A stretch of DNA of 64,000 nucleotides, from the NCBI GenBank assembly GCA_030390025.1, contig CM059427.1, forward strand, positions 19,034,001 to 19,098,000, written 5' to 3'. The position numbers were made by a program, and so were the translations under genes. The DNA comes from Squalus acanthias (Eukaryota). Under the pieces are notes generated by a model that ran no database searches, was not told where the DNA came from, and saw nothing but the letters and a program-made list of their open reading frames with translations. Of the stretch, positions 37,815-50,904 are shown one piece after another (within the stretch, counting starts at the first letter, position 1; each line of letters starts with the position of its first letter).

Positions 37815-38345
37815 TGGTCAGGAGGTGAGTTACACACTGCAGAATACCCAGCCTCTGAACTGCTCTTGTTGCCACAGTATTTATGTGGCTGGTTCAGTTA
37901 AGTTTCTGGTCAATGGTGACCCCCCCCAGGATGTTGATGGTGGGGGATTCGACGATGGTAATCCCATTGAATGTCACGGGGAGGTGGTTAGACTCTCGCT
38001 TGTTGGAGATGGTCATTGCCTGGCACTTGTGTGGCACGAATGTTACTTGCCACTTATCAGCCCAAGCCTGAATGTCATTCAGGTCTTGCTGCGTGCGGAT
38101 ACGGACTGCTTCATTATCTGAGGAGTTGCGAATGGAACTGAACACTGTGCAAACATCCCCACTTCTGACCTTATGATGGAGGGGAGGTCATTGATGAAGT
38201 AGCTGAAGATGGTTGGGCCCAGGGCACCGCTGCAGGAGTTCCTCAGAGCAATATCCTGAGGCTGAGATGATTGGCCTCCAACAACCACAACCATCTTCCT
38301 TTGTCCGAGGTATGACTCCAGCCAGTGGAGAGTTTTACCCCCGAA
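37815..38345 (-). mobile_element. Internal fragment of Zenon-like LINE
   Basis: TLHWLESYL, QAWADKWQVTF on the minus strand. Confidence 0.9.
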
Positions 38346-39082
38346 TGACTGCATTTGTCTTTATTAGCAAATATTTATGCAAATTTAGTCTTTCAGTTTT
38401 TATTGTGTATAAAAAGAATGTATACTACAGTTTGTGGAAGATCATAACTTTTGTCGTCCAACTTTCTGGAATTGAGAGGTTATGTTTCTAACTGATCGCA
38501 GACACTTAAAATCTGGGGTTCTGCCCAAAGCGAGCCAGCATAAACATGTTCACTTACTTAGTGCCTCCTTTTAGTCTAGTTATTCTATTCGTTGATTAAT
38601 ATGTAATGCTGCAAGTGCTGTTTGAAAATTTTACCTGCTTTGAGTGGTGCAATCGGATAACACAAGAGTTGCACTGTTGCACTCACCACAGTGTGGAGAA
38701 CGCAAACTTCTTGGCACATGCCTAAATACTTAGAGAACTATAACCTGCTGGGAAAACATTTATATTGTTAAAATCAAACTGTCCTGTCATTATTAACAAA
38801 TGTTAAAAATGTGAAGATGACTCAGCAGACCTCTTGAGACTCGATGTAAAGTTTCAAGTTCTAAAATTTCGAGTTCTAAGTGTTCAATGAACACTGGCTA
38901 TAATTAAACTCTGTTCATTTTGAAGCCCAAGAGGTACAAGACTGCTGGGGTTCTGAACCAAAATTTAGATGAGCTAGTTAGACTTAAATTATGTATGATC
39001 TTTTGCATCACTGTGAAGTTGAAACCACTGAAATAAATGTATAGTATAATAGCACTGTAAATGTTATGACTGGAGATAGGAA

Positions 39083-39196
39083 GTGAAGGAAAAGCCTCCA
39101 ATTATTTAATTAATTTACCGTGAAGAAAAAGCCTCCAATTATTTAATTAATTTACCGTGAAGAAAAAGCCTCCAATTATTTAATAAATTTACCATG
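39083..39196. repeat. 37-bp tandem repeat, 3 copies
   Basis: gtgaagaaaaagcctccaattatttaattaatttacc; gcctcc starts at 39094, 39131 and 39168. Confidence 0.95.
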
Positions 39197-41049
39197 TCAG
39201 TAGGATAATTTGTATCACTAAGAACCTGGGTGAATGGTTAACCTGTGCAATAACACATTGGTGTAGAAAAGTTTATGTTTAGGGGAACGCTGCCGGGTAA
39301 AGTCATTAACCTTTGTAATTGGAATCGTCTTGGAGAAACTAATCACTTTCTGTTCCAGCATTCGAGAGCAAACAAATTAAGTTGCTGTGAAGTGTGCCAA
39401 TAACTTTTTTTTGTTTCGTGTATAGAGCTAAGTGAGCTTGAATTAAAGCATCTCGGTAGTTTAGATTTTTGACCTTGATTGCTGATGCACAATTCTCCAA
39501 GCTAACATTTTCTTTAGCCTAAAACAATAAATTTTAATCGATTCCACTTGCCGCTTGGATTGATGAGTCCTCCAACAGTCCATGTGGAACTGCCTGCAAT
39601 TTAGCTTATTTTCACATTATCTTGAATTCCTGCAAACCTGATGGGAAATGAAATGCAATCTCTAAAAATGAACTTGTTCCTCACATTCAGAAATTCTCAA
39701 TTAACTGTTAAAATCACAGGACGAAATTGTGAAGCTCTGTTAATTGTAACATTCTTTTCATCCCCCAGACAACTTCTTCCTGAACTGAGACATTTACTGA
39801 TAACTAGCTGTACTTTCCTTCCCTCAAAGTAAACATTTCAATGTTGGTGTAGTAAAGATTAGAAGTATTTAGCAATTGACTGGAGCTGGTCAGTCGCTGG
39901 ATATCTCTTTTTCATTGATGCAGAATGTCGAATTTGTTTCTTTATTGAAATCAGTTACATGGATGCCTGTAAAATACTGGCATCACAATATTGTCAAAAA
40001 ACTAAATGCATTGTTAAACTATCCCATTATGTATCACCAGACTATCCCAGATTGTTGTACAATTTGAAGCTTTGCATGACATCACTACTTTTGTTTATAT
40101 CCTATTCTGACAGTTGTATTAAGAACATGAAGTGTGGAATTGAGAAATGGCCATTTGGCTCTACAAACCTTATCCTTCCCCAAACGACGTACTGTTTAAT
40201 CTCTAGTGGACTCAACCCAACCCAATTTATCTCTCGAGGAAATGTTCTGAAAACTTTTCATCCAAATCTCGCCCACCCCCCACCCACAAGCAAATGAAGC
40301 AAAGCTCCAGATTACCAACCCAATGCTGTATTTTTTTAAAAATTATTTATTCAGCATCCTCCACAGCTAAGGCGTATAGCCCAACTTAATAGGTTCTAGC
40401 AAAACAGTGTGTGTTGTGTATGCATGTGCAAATATTGTTGTGTGAGCACCATTTTTTTTTTTTATTGCCTGTACTGAGAAGCTGGGCCTTCTCCTTGAAC
40501 CTCTACAGTTCTTTGGTGATGAGACTGCTACAGTTGGGGAATTGCAGGATTTTGGCCCAGCAACGAATGGTGACCTGTATCCAAGTCAGGATGGTGTATG
40601 ACTTGGTGGAAAACTTGGATATGATGGTGTTTCCATGCACCTGCTGCCCTGGTCCTTCTTGGTGGTAGTGGTATTGTCAAAGTAAACTTGGTGCAACCTT
40701 TAAGGTAATACATACTGAAGACACAGTACACCAGTGGTGGAGGGTCTGGATATTTGAGTTCATTGTCGGAGGTACTGGTCAAATGGGCTCCTCTGTCTTG
40801 GACAGTATCGAGCTTCTTGAGTGTTGTGACTTAAACCCATCCAGGCATGCAATATACAGCACCAGTAACATAATCTCTGCATATCTCATTGTTGAATTCC
40901 CTCTTGCAGTGCGTTGTCCTGTCCTTGTGCATTCACCCCTCATGCCATCACTTCATTTGTTTCACCTGAAGTGATAGAAATTACAGTACAAAAGGTCGTT
41001 TGGCCCATTGCACCTGTGCCAATGCAAGCTCTTGAACTGAAGCTGTCGA

Positions 41050-41700
41050 CTCAGTTCAATGTAGAAAAATATGAAGTAATACAGTTTGGCAGTAAAAGCT
41101 GGGAAACATCTCGATGCTACTGTTTCTAATGGAGTATGTCGGCTGAGGGGTCATGATGTACAGTTACACAGGTCATTAAAGGTGGCAGCGCAATAGGTAA
41201 GGCCAAAAAGTAATGGAATTCTTGGTTTTGCATGTAAAGGCGTAGTATTTTAAGAAAGCAAGCATGCAATGTTGAACTTGTAGAAGATCTTGATTAGGCT
41301 GCAGTTAAAGTGCTGTGTACATTTATAGGAAGCATTTCAAAGCAATGAAGAAGATTCACTAGGCTGTTTCCAGGAATGAGGGATTGATGCTATGACGAGC
41401 AACTTGAGATATTAGGGCTTTTTTCACTGGAGCTGGAAGGGTTAAAGTGCAACTTGATTGCACTGGCTTCAAGATTATGAAGGGTTATAATGAGGTAAAT
41501 AGTGATAGATTGTTTCTACTGTTCAGTGAAACGGTAATGAGGAGGCATAAATATTAGATAATCACCAAAATCAAGGAGAGGTCAGAATTTCTTTTTTGCG
41601 TTGTTAGAATGTGGAATTGAACTGGGTTTGTGGAGGGTAACACCAGTGCAGACTTGATGGGCTGAATGACTTGTTTCTGTGCTGTATGATTCCACTGTAA
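41050..41700 (+). mobile_element. Old CR1 3' remnant
   Basis: QFNVEKYEVIQFG; tail gggctgaatgacttgtttctgtgctgtatgattc. Confidence 0.75.
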
Positions 41701-41899
41701 TCTTCAGCCCTCCAATTCAACTGAACAACCAAAACCAGCACCCCAGCTAATAATCTGCCACTTGAACAGTTCTTCGATCCACTCCCTCTCCGTAATCTGA
41801 GCACTGGTTCTTGGGGCACTTTATGCTGTTGCCATGCTGTCGACCGGATAATTTCATCCCACCACAGGGCCTCAGACTTAAACTTTGGGCTTTTTCATA

Positions 41900-42945
41900 A
41901 TGTGTTTAAAACCAGGATTTGTCTCCTGACTCCTGACCCCTGCCATGTGACTGTAACCCAAATTCACTGTGTTCTTTTGCATGCACATTTCAGCTGCTGC
42001 TCCGGTCCTGAGCCTGTTAGTTCTATCACTTCCCCCAGCCATTCTCTTCTGCCTCCTCCCCTTCTTGTCACCCAGATGTGTGCCACCTTTCATTTCTCCC
42101 CTCTCTGGTACTTTTCCCCATTAATCCTTCCCCCTTTCCATCACTGCTTCCTACTTTCCTGCCAGGAATTTGAAAGTACAGTTAGAAGTGACTTGGAGAG
42201 TTTTTCCCAGCAGAGGACACAGAACGAAGTGGGGTTTGAAGGAGGCTTGAATCTCTCCTTCAATAAGCCTACAGCAACCCTCTGCTTCTTTTGACATTCT
42301 CCGAAGGGCCCATCAAGACACGAGGCATCAACCCCAACTGCCCCATCCTTCTTGCACAACGTGTCGACTGGGAGATTAGCTCACCAACCGCCACCTTGTC
42401 CCACTCACTCCACCCATCACTGCCTCTTTGGACTCTGCCAGCATCAGCTACATCCCAATCTTAATATTTATCACCAGCATGTCAGTTCACTGGCAAACAA
42501 GGCCCTTGCTATCCATGACCTTATTGTGGATAGCATTGACATCCTGGGTTTGATTGCATCTTCGCTCATGGGAGGCAACTTCTTGCCCGTTAACGAAACC
42601 TCCCTGGCTGACTTTGTCCTCTCTCTCTATAAATTCATTGACCTCCTATCCTCCCTAATTATATCCTTCCATGTAAACTGTCCTACCCACCTTCACGAGC
42701 ACTCCCCGATCTTGCCACCTCCCTTGGTTTTCATCATTGACCAAGCCATCTCCGATCATTTCTTCGTATTCCTCACCGCGCACATCCCCCTGCCTCCTTC
42801 AAACCCCACTTCGTTCTGTGTCCTCTGCTGGGGAAAAACTCTCCAAGTCACTTCTAACTGTACTTTCAAATTCCGAACTGCCTAGCCTTTGGCCATCCAT
42901 TCACCATAATACGTCTGCAACCATCAATTAGCTCAACCACTCCCT
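41900..42945 (+). mobile_element. Old L2 endonuclease-region remnant containing an 82-bp inverted duplication
   Basis: SLANKALAIHDLIVDSIDILGL, PTH and ISDHFFV in ORF 42352..42885. Confidence 0.7.
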
Positions 42946-43514
42946 AGCGTCAATGGTTAGGCCACAGTTAAGAGCACTGTGTAGTTGTGGGAACCTCAAA
43001 GAACATTGAAGCCTTGCATAGTGTACAGTACAGCATAGATTCACCAGGATGATACTAGGGATAAGAAACCATTGGTCCAAAGAGAAACTTGTTATGCTGG
43101 ATCTATTTCCACTGGAGCAGAGAATGCCAAGAGGATATTTAAGAGGTTTTTAAAATTGTGTTTTGTTAGAGTGAATAGGGAAAGATTATTTCCTCTGGCT
43201 CGGGAGTTAGGTGTTCATCAATTTAAAATTGTTAACATTTTTTTACACAGTCTTTCAAGCTTGGAATGCTTTTCCAAAAGGGAATATTTGAGGCAGAAAC
43301 TATTGCATCTTTTAAAGGAAAAGTTGATTAGAAATTGGTAGCAGTGCCAGACACTGAGCAGGGAGGGTGGGAGTAGTTTTGGATTGCTTCAGCAAAAACG
43401 CGGCATAGACGCAATTAGCCAAATGACCTCCTTTTGTGTAGTAAACCTCCATCATTTCCTGCCCATTTCTTTTGACCTCAGGATCTGCATGACCGCAATT
43501 AGCCTCCAGTTGAA

Positions 43515-43630
43515 CAAAAAACAAAATATTACAGGTGCTGGAAATCTGAAACAAAATACTGGAAACGCTCAGCAGGTCAGGTAGCATCTGAGGAGAGAGA
43601 ACAATTAAAATTTCAAGTATAACCCATCAT
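43515..43630 (-). mobile_element. Decayed solo Penelope family A tail
   Basis: Similar to 61390-61510 (gctggaaatctgaaa...ctcagcaggtcagg). Hammerhead core degenerate. Confidence 0.75.
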
Positions 43631-44084
43631 TGTAATGTAGATTTTTGTTTTTGATTTAGCTTCCAACGGAGCCTGAACAATAAAACCTAGTGGTCTTAAA
43701 GGGTTGCACACTAGCACCGTGGCAGCAGAATAATACATTGTGCTTTCAGGGTTATGCAGTTGAGCTGAATAGTATAGATGCATTTAGGGGTTAGCTAGAT
43801 GGCATATGAGAGAGAAGGGAATAGAGGGTTATGCTGACAGTGTTAGATGAGGAAGAATGGGAGGAGGCTCGAGTGGAGCATAAACGCTGATGGCCTGATC
43901 CTGTGCTGTATATTCTGTGTAACAGTAGCATTAATTTATTTTGGGATCTAGGGATCTTAAGTTATGAAAAGAAATTCTCAGAACTTAAAAGTTTCCCCTT
44001 TTCTATCTTGGGATTCTTTGAGATGCTGCGTTAAAGTTCCTTGCGAATTGGAAAACCTGTATTACTGGACAAGTGCTCATTCTT

Positions 44085-44930
44085 GATGCTTGACAGGGTA
44101 GATGCTGAGAGGCTGTTTCCCCTTGCTGTAGTGTCTGGAACTAGGGGTCATAGTCTCAGCATAAGGGGTCGGCCATTTAGGACTGAGATGAGGAGAAATA
44201 CCTTCACTCAGAGGGTTGTGAATCTTTGGAATTCTCTACCCCAGAGGACTGTGGATGTTCAGTCGATGAGTATTTTGAAGGCTGAGTTCGATAGAATTTT
44301 GGGCACTGAGGGAATCCAGGGATATGGGAATAGGGCGGGAAAGTGGAGTTGATGTATAAGTTCAGCCATGATCTTATTTAATGGCGGAGCAGGCTCGAGG
44401 GACCGTATGGCCTACTCCAGCTCCTATTTCCTGTGTTATCTTAATCCCACCATGGCAAGTTGGGAAAGTAAATTCAGTAAAATCTGATAATTTGAAAGAT
44501 AATATAAAAACCCAACTGATTTACTAATCCCTTTCAGGGAGGGGAACCCGCCACACTGAACTGATCGAGATCTTTAAGATTAAGAAAGTATTTAATAGGG
44601 TAGACGTAGAGAAAATGTTTTCACTGGTGAGGAGTCCAAAACTAGAGGTCCTCAATATAAGATGGCCACTAATAAATCCTATAGGAATTCAGGAGAAACT
44701 TCATTATCCAAAGAGTGGTAAAAAGTGGAATGTGCTACCATATTGAGTAGTTGAGGCAAATAGGGAAGTTAGACAAGCATGTGAGGGAGAAAGGAATAGA
44801 AGGATATGTTGATGGGGTTAGATGAAGAGGGTTGGCAGGAGGCTGGTGTGGAACATAAACGCAGGCATAGACCACTTGGGCCGAATGGCCTGTTTCTGTG
44901 CTGTAGACTATATGTAATTCTCTGTAATAC
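44085..44930 (+). mobile_element. Two tandem CR1 3' fragments (about 44085-44440 and 44575-44930)
   Basis: LDRVDAERLFP, TRGHSL, FTQRVVNLWNSLP; tails ending gaatggcctgtttctgtgctgta. Confidence 0.88.
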
Positions 44931-45457
44931 ATGTGACTACATGGTTGACTCTTAATGTACACGGGGTAAGCAGGGACAGGCAATAAATGTAGACTTGCAA
45001 GCAGTGCACACATTCAAAGAAAAAAAAAAATTTTTTTAAAGGCTGCAGTGGGGAGGCCAGAATCCTTCACATCTTCACCAATGGTACAGCACCACTGGGA
45101 AAAGGTTACCTTGCGTGCTACAGCATTCGATCTAGCGCACTGCCTCCCCGTAGTGAACCCCAGCATTACGTTTATTTAGGACATTCAGTAAAAAAGCTTC
45201 ATAGAATTAATGATTCTGAAGTGAAGCAACAGGTTAACGTGGCCATACTTGGATTTTCACTAAATTGCAGTCCATTGTTTCATCCCATTGAGGTGGCAGC
45301 AGGATGACTTTTCCACCTGGTCAGTGTGGATTGAAATACTTGGGTGGAAAACAACCCAGCCCAACAAAATCATGGACTTTGAGGCTATTTCAGGAAAATA
45401 CAGTCACTTTTCTTGATTCAGTGACCAGTTAGCATATTGATGATGATCCCCACATTT

Positions 45458-46360
45458 TTTTTTAATTTATTCGTTCATGGGATGTGGGCATCGCTGGTAA
45501 GGCCAGCATTTATTGCCCATCCCTAATTGCCCTCGAAGGTGGTGGTGAGCCGCCGCCTTGAACCGCTGCAGTCCGTGTGGTGAAGGTACTCCCACAGTGC
45601 TGTTAGGGAGGGAGTTCCAGGATTTTGACCCAGCGACGATGAAGCAACGGTGATATACTTCCAAGTCAGGATGGTGGGGAACTTGGAGGTGGTGGTGTTC
45701 CCATGCGCTTGCTGCCCTTGTCCTAGGTGGAAGAGGTCGCGGGTTTGGGAGGTGCTGCCGCAGAAGCCTTGGTGAGTTGCTGCAGTGCATCTTGTAGATG
45801 GTACACACTGCAGCCACGGTACGCTGGTGGTGGAGGGAGTGAATGTTTAAGGTGGTGGATGGGGTGCCAATCAAGTGGGCTGCTTTGTCCTGGATGATGT
45901 CGAACTTCTTGAGAGTTGGTGGAACTGCATTCATCCAGGCAAGTGGAGAGTATTCCATCACACACCTCGCTTGTGCCTTGTAGATGGTGGAAAGGCTTTG
46001 GGGAGTCAGGAGGTGAGACACTCGCTGCAGAATACCCAGCCTCTGACCTCTTGTTGCCACAGTATTTATGTGGCTGGTCCAGTTAAGTTTCTTGTCAATG
46101 GTGACCCCCCCCAGGATGTTGATGGTGGGGGATTCGGTGATGGTAATGCAGTTGAATGTCAAGGGCTGGTGGTTAGATTCTCGCTTGTTGGAGGTAGGCA
46201 TTGTGTGGCACGAATGTTACCTGTCATTTATCAGCCCAAGCCTGAACGTCGTCCAGGTTTTGTTGCATGCGGGCCTGGACTGCTTCATTATCTGAGGAGT
46301 TGTGAATGGCACTGAAGACTGTGCAGTCATCAGCGAACATCCCCATTTCTGATCTTATGT
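45458..46360 (-). mobile_element. 5'-truncated Zenon-like LINE with tail
   Basis: ORF 45467..46201, collinear with 54240-55145. T-run at its 3' end. Confidence 0.93.
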
Positions 46361-47057
46361 TGGGTATATATATATATATCCAGGGTCTGGAGCATGTTCC
46401 AACTCACCCAGATAGGGTAACTTAAAAAACTTTACCAAAATATGTTAGGAAGGCACAGTAATATGCATTGAAGCTCCATAGGTTCAATCCTCAGTTATGT
46501 GCAACCCAGAACGCTCTGTAAATCTCACTTAGCGCAATGCAATGCTGCACTGTATACTGTGCATGTAATATGTTTAAATAATATAGACAAACAATTTGAA
46601 TTGCTGTAGCCACACCTACAGAAAACTGTCTTGAATTGCAAAAGGGAAAATAGGTTGGGGAACAGAGGCTTTTTAAAGCAAGGAAGGAGATGAGGCTGTA
46701 ATGTTGAGGAAGGAAAACAGCAGTAAAAATAAAATTGAAACTTTCTCGTTTGGAATTGGGCTACAAATACTGGTTGAAAATGTTGCACAATTTAAGCATT
46801 TTAATATTCATCAAGGCTTGTGAAATATTGAATAGGAAAATGTAAGTAAGAAGATTGTATCTATGCTTAATGATTTATTCCCAGTTCATAAAATCAGTTA
46901 ATTGTTCGATACAACATTACGCATTTTGATTTTGCCTCTACCTGCTGCTTAATTTGTGGGTTTTTTTGTACAATTGCAATTTGAGTGAAAGGTGTGGTCA
47001 GTTCAGATTTTGGGGCTTTTCTTAATGACATTTAATGTCCTTGTTGTATCTCTACAG

Positions 47058-47118
47058 TTTGGACTTTGAAGAATGTGCTCATAAATTATTGAAGATGGAA
47101 TTTCCTGAAAGTCAAACC
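47058..47118 (+). CDS. CWC22: CWC22 coding exon 13 (SLDFEECAHKLLKMEFPESQT)
   Basis: Matches the human peptide as recalled. tacag acceptor, acc|gtgagt donor. 61 nt, phase 2 to 0. Confidence 0.97.
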
Positions 47119-47249
47119 GTGAGTATTGATTTATGCTGATTTATGTAGTCTGCAGAATGTTGATACAATTGGAAATGTTGCTGGCACCCATAAGGAGCAT
47201 GACTGATCTAAACTGCTCCTTTACCAACTGCAATTTGAGTGAAAGGTGT

Positions 47250-48790
47250 GGACTTCGCCATCGACGTCTGCCCTTGTTGACAATAGGCTCCCGAGGTTTG
47301 GAAAGTGGTCCACGTTGTCCAAGGCCTCGTCATGGTTTTTGATAATCGGGGAGCAGTACTGTGTGGTGGGGGCAGGTTGGTAGAGGACCTTTGTTTTACG
47401 GATGTTTAGTGTAAGGCCCATGCTCTCATACGCTTCAGTGAAGGTGTTGACGATGATTTGGAGTTCGACCTCAGTGTGCGCAGACGCAAGCGTTGTCTGC
47501 ATACTGTAATTCGATGACAGAGGATGGGGCGACCTTGGATCTGGACTGGAGGCGACGGAGCTTGAACAGTTTCCTGTTTGTTCTGTAGATTAGCTCCACT
47601 CCAGCGGGGAGCTTACTGAGGGTGAGATGGAGCATTGCAGCCAGGAAAATTGAGAAGTGCGTTGGTGCGATGACACAGCCTTGCTTGACCCCGGTCCATA
47701 CGTGAATTGGGTCTGTGGTGGATCCATTGGTCAGGATCACGGCTTGCATGTCGTCATGAAGCAGGCGGAGGATGGTGACAAACTTTTGAGGGCAGCCGGA
47801 TTTGAGGAGGACACTCCATAATCCCTCACGGTTGACTGTGTTGAAGGCCTTTGAGGTCAAAGAAGGCCATGTACAGCAGTTGGTGCTGTTCCCTGCATTT
47901 CTCTTGTAGTTGACGCGCGGTGAAGATCATGTCCATTGTGCCCCTTAGTGGGCGGAATACGCATTGCGACTCTGGGAGGAGCTCTTCAGCCACTGGGAGA
48001 AGGCGATTGAGGAGGATCCTTGCGATGACGTTCCCTGTGGCAGACAGCAGGGAGACTCCTCTGTAATTACCGCAATCGGACTTGTCACCTTTCTTGAAGA
48101 TGGTCATGATTACGGCGCCTGAGATCTCCTGGTATGCTCTCCTCCTTCCAAATAAGAGAAATGAGTTCATGTATTCATGGCAATAGTGCTTCTCCACCAT
48201 GTTTTAGCGCTTCGGGGATTCCATCTGCTCCTGGGACCTTGTTGTTGTTCAGTTATCGGATGGTCTTTTCAACCTCATGCCGGGCTGGGGTTGTGCTGAG
48301 GTGGTGGCGGGTAGCATGCTGCGGGATGGAGTTGAGGACACTCGCGTCGAAGACAGAGTCTCGGTTAAGGAGATCTTCGAAGTGCTCCTTCCAGCGGGCA
48401 CTGACTGCCTCTCTGTCCTTGATGAGTACACCTCCGTTCTTGGCCCGCAGTGGGGTAGGACCTTGGGTGCTTGGGCCGTAGGTGGTCTTGACTGCGCTAA
48501 AGAATCCATGCACGTCGTGGTTGTTGGCTAGCTGCTGGATCTCCTGCGCTTTCTCCACCCACCATCTGTTCTTTAGGTCGCGAGTTTTTTGTTGGACCTC
48601 AGCCTTCAGGCGTCTGTGTAGAGCTGCTTTCTTGCTCTCAAGTTCTGTTGCTGTTTCCAGATCAGGAATGCCTTGCGCTTGCGGCTTATTAGCTCCTGGA
48701 TCTCCTGGTCGTTCTCGTCGAGCCAGTCTTGGTGTTTCCTGGTCGAGTGATCGAGCTTCTCTTCACAGGTGCTGATTATGGAGGCCTTGA
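47250..48790 (-). mobile_element. RTE-clade LINE internal fragment, truncated at both ends
   Basis: RWKEHFEDLLN, DCGNYRGVSLLS, LPESQCVFRPLRGTMDMIF, GVKQGCVIAPTHF, ELQYADN. Confidence 0.93.
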
Positions 48791-48802
48791 TTATGGACTC
48801 TT

Positions 48803-49255
48803 CTGCTCACTGACCTACATTGGCTTCCAGTTCAGCAACACCTCGAGTTTTAAAATTCTCATCCTTGTTTTCAAATCTCTCCATGACCTCGCTCCTCCCT
48901 ACCTCTGTAACCTCCTACATTCCGACAACCCTCCGAGATCTCTGCACGCCTCTTAATTCTGGCCTATTGTGCAACCCCGATTTTGATCGCTCCAGCGTTG
49001 CCAATCATGTCTTCAGCTTCCTTGGCCCTAAGATCTGGAATACCCTCCCTAAACCTCTCCACCTCTATGCCTCTCTCTCCTTTAAGACGCTCTTTATAAC
49101 CTACCTCTTTGACCAAGCTTTCCATTGTCCTCATGTCCCACCTGTCCTAATATCACCTTGTGTGGCTCAGTGTCAAATTTTGTTTGATAACGCTGCTGTG
49201 AAGTGCCTTAGGATGTTTTACTAGGTTAAAGGTGCTATATAAATGCAAGTTGTTC
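48803..49255 (+). mobile_element. L2 3' end
   Basis: FKILILVFKSLHDLAPPYL; tail aaaggtgctatataaatgcaagttgtt. Confidence 0.92.
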
Positions 49256-50179
49256 TAAAGAAAAATGTAATTAATTGATTTTGAGTGTTTTATCTGAACA
49301 CAGTATTGAATGGAATGGAATTCATTACATGGCATTCCCACATAACAATCATTCCAATAAATGTCATTGTCATAGCTAAAAATGCAAACTGGAAGTGGAA
49401 TTCATTTTTTGGAGACATGTGTATTCTTGGCAAAATGCTGCTGCCATTTATCATTTCTGTTCCATTCACTGACCTATTTTTTTTTTAGTTTGTCTGCAGG
49501 GATTGTATTGTGGAACAGCTCTGCCTGTACAGAAGTTTTATTATATCTAGTGCTGCAATATATAATATGCATCGTCTTTGGGTTTCAACTTAGCATGTAC
49601 AGTAATATTATATTGCTCCCTCTGATAGTTTCAGCCAAACTAACAATGACATAGATGATGGCTTGTTATTTCTTCACCAGTACAACCATTGTAGGAAAAC
49701 TGGGTCATTTGTGTGTGCAGTGGGAAGGGGAGGCAAAGCAAGAGAAGGGAGGAGAAAGCATGACAATTGTGTCCTCAATGCAGCCCAAGATTGATAAGAT
49801 CTAAAAGATGCTTAGTTATTTTTAAATTTTTGTAATGGAAACATTGATGCTTTAGGTGTGAGTAAAATTACTGTATTAGCCAGACACATACTATGTCATA
49901 CTGCTATTTTGAATGAACTCAGGGCTATAATATTCTGTGAATCATCCTTCCTGTCACTGGTTCCCATCAAAAGAAATAAATGGATGCTGTTTCAGTTATA
50001 GTGCTCAAACGTATACAACACCAATTTTATCAAAGTTCACTTGCCATCAAAGTAAGTGGATTGTAGCTGTCATGGAGAAGTACGTAACTGCAGTTTGGTC
50101 TCTTGATTTTAAATAGGCTTGAGTTACATCTTTCATTTAGGCTATGTGAAGTCATTTTGTAGTGAAGCTTTCTCATTTC

Positions 50180-50770
50180 CCAACAACAACTTGCATTTGT
50201 ATAGTGCCTTTATTTAAAAAATTTGAGTCCCAAGACGTTTCACAGATATGAGTGTGGAAAACGAACGCCAAGCCAAGATGAGAGATTAGAAGGGTGATAA
50301 AAAGCTAGGTCCAAAAGGTGGATTTTGCAGGAGGAGAGAGGTAGAGGGAATTCCAGAATGTAGCACCCATGTAACGGAAGGTGCTCCGACCAATGTTGGA
50401 CAAAACCACATAATACCAGAGCTGGAGGAATGCAGAATTTTGGATGGGTGGGGCCATGGAGGGAATTAAAGATGAGGATAAGGATTCTAAAGTTGAGATG
50501 TTGGGAGACAGAGCCGATGTAAATCATTTAGGACTGGTGTGATGGGCAAGCTAGACCTAGCGCAGCCCAAGATGCGTGCAACAGAATTTTGGTCAAACTG
50601 GGGTTTACAGAGGGTGGAGGATGGCAAGCCTGCAAGGAGAGTTTTGGGATAGACGAGTTTGGAGATGACCAAGGAAATGTGTAAGGGTTTTGCTGGGAGA
50701 GGAGTGGAAGTCAAGTTGGAGTCTGAAGCTCGGCTCCGAGTCGAACAGCATTAAGGACTTAACCTGATAA
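50180..50770 (-). mobile_element. L2 3' end, older
   Basis: Starts caacaacaacttgcatttgtatagtgcctt. PITPVLNDLH on the minus strand. Confidence 0.85.
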
Positions 50771-50904
50771 TTGCCCTCAAAATAAATTCCGTTAGGTTAA
50801 ATCCAAGAAAACACAAAACACAAGACACAAATGCAGCCAAACAAAATTATAAGACAACTCTGCTCTCTCCCTCACTACAAAATGAGTCGGGTGATTTACA
50901 GCAC

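Noticed and set aside
39083-39196. CRISPR-like array with a 37-bp period
   Set aside because: Head-to-tail repeats without unique spacers, no cas genes, vertebrate intron context.
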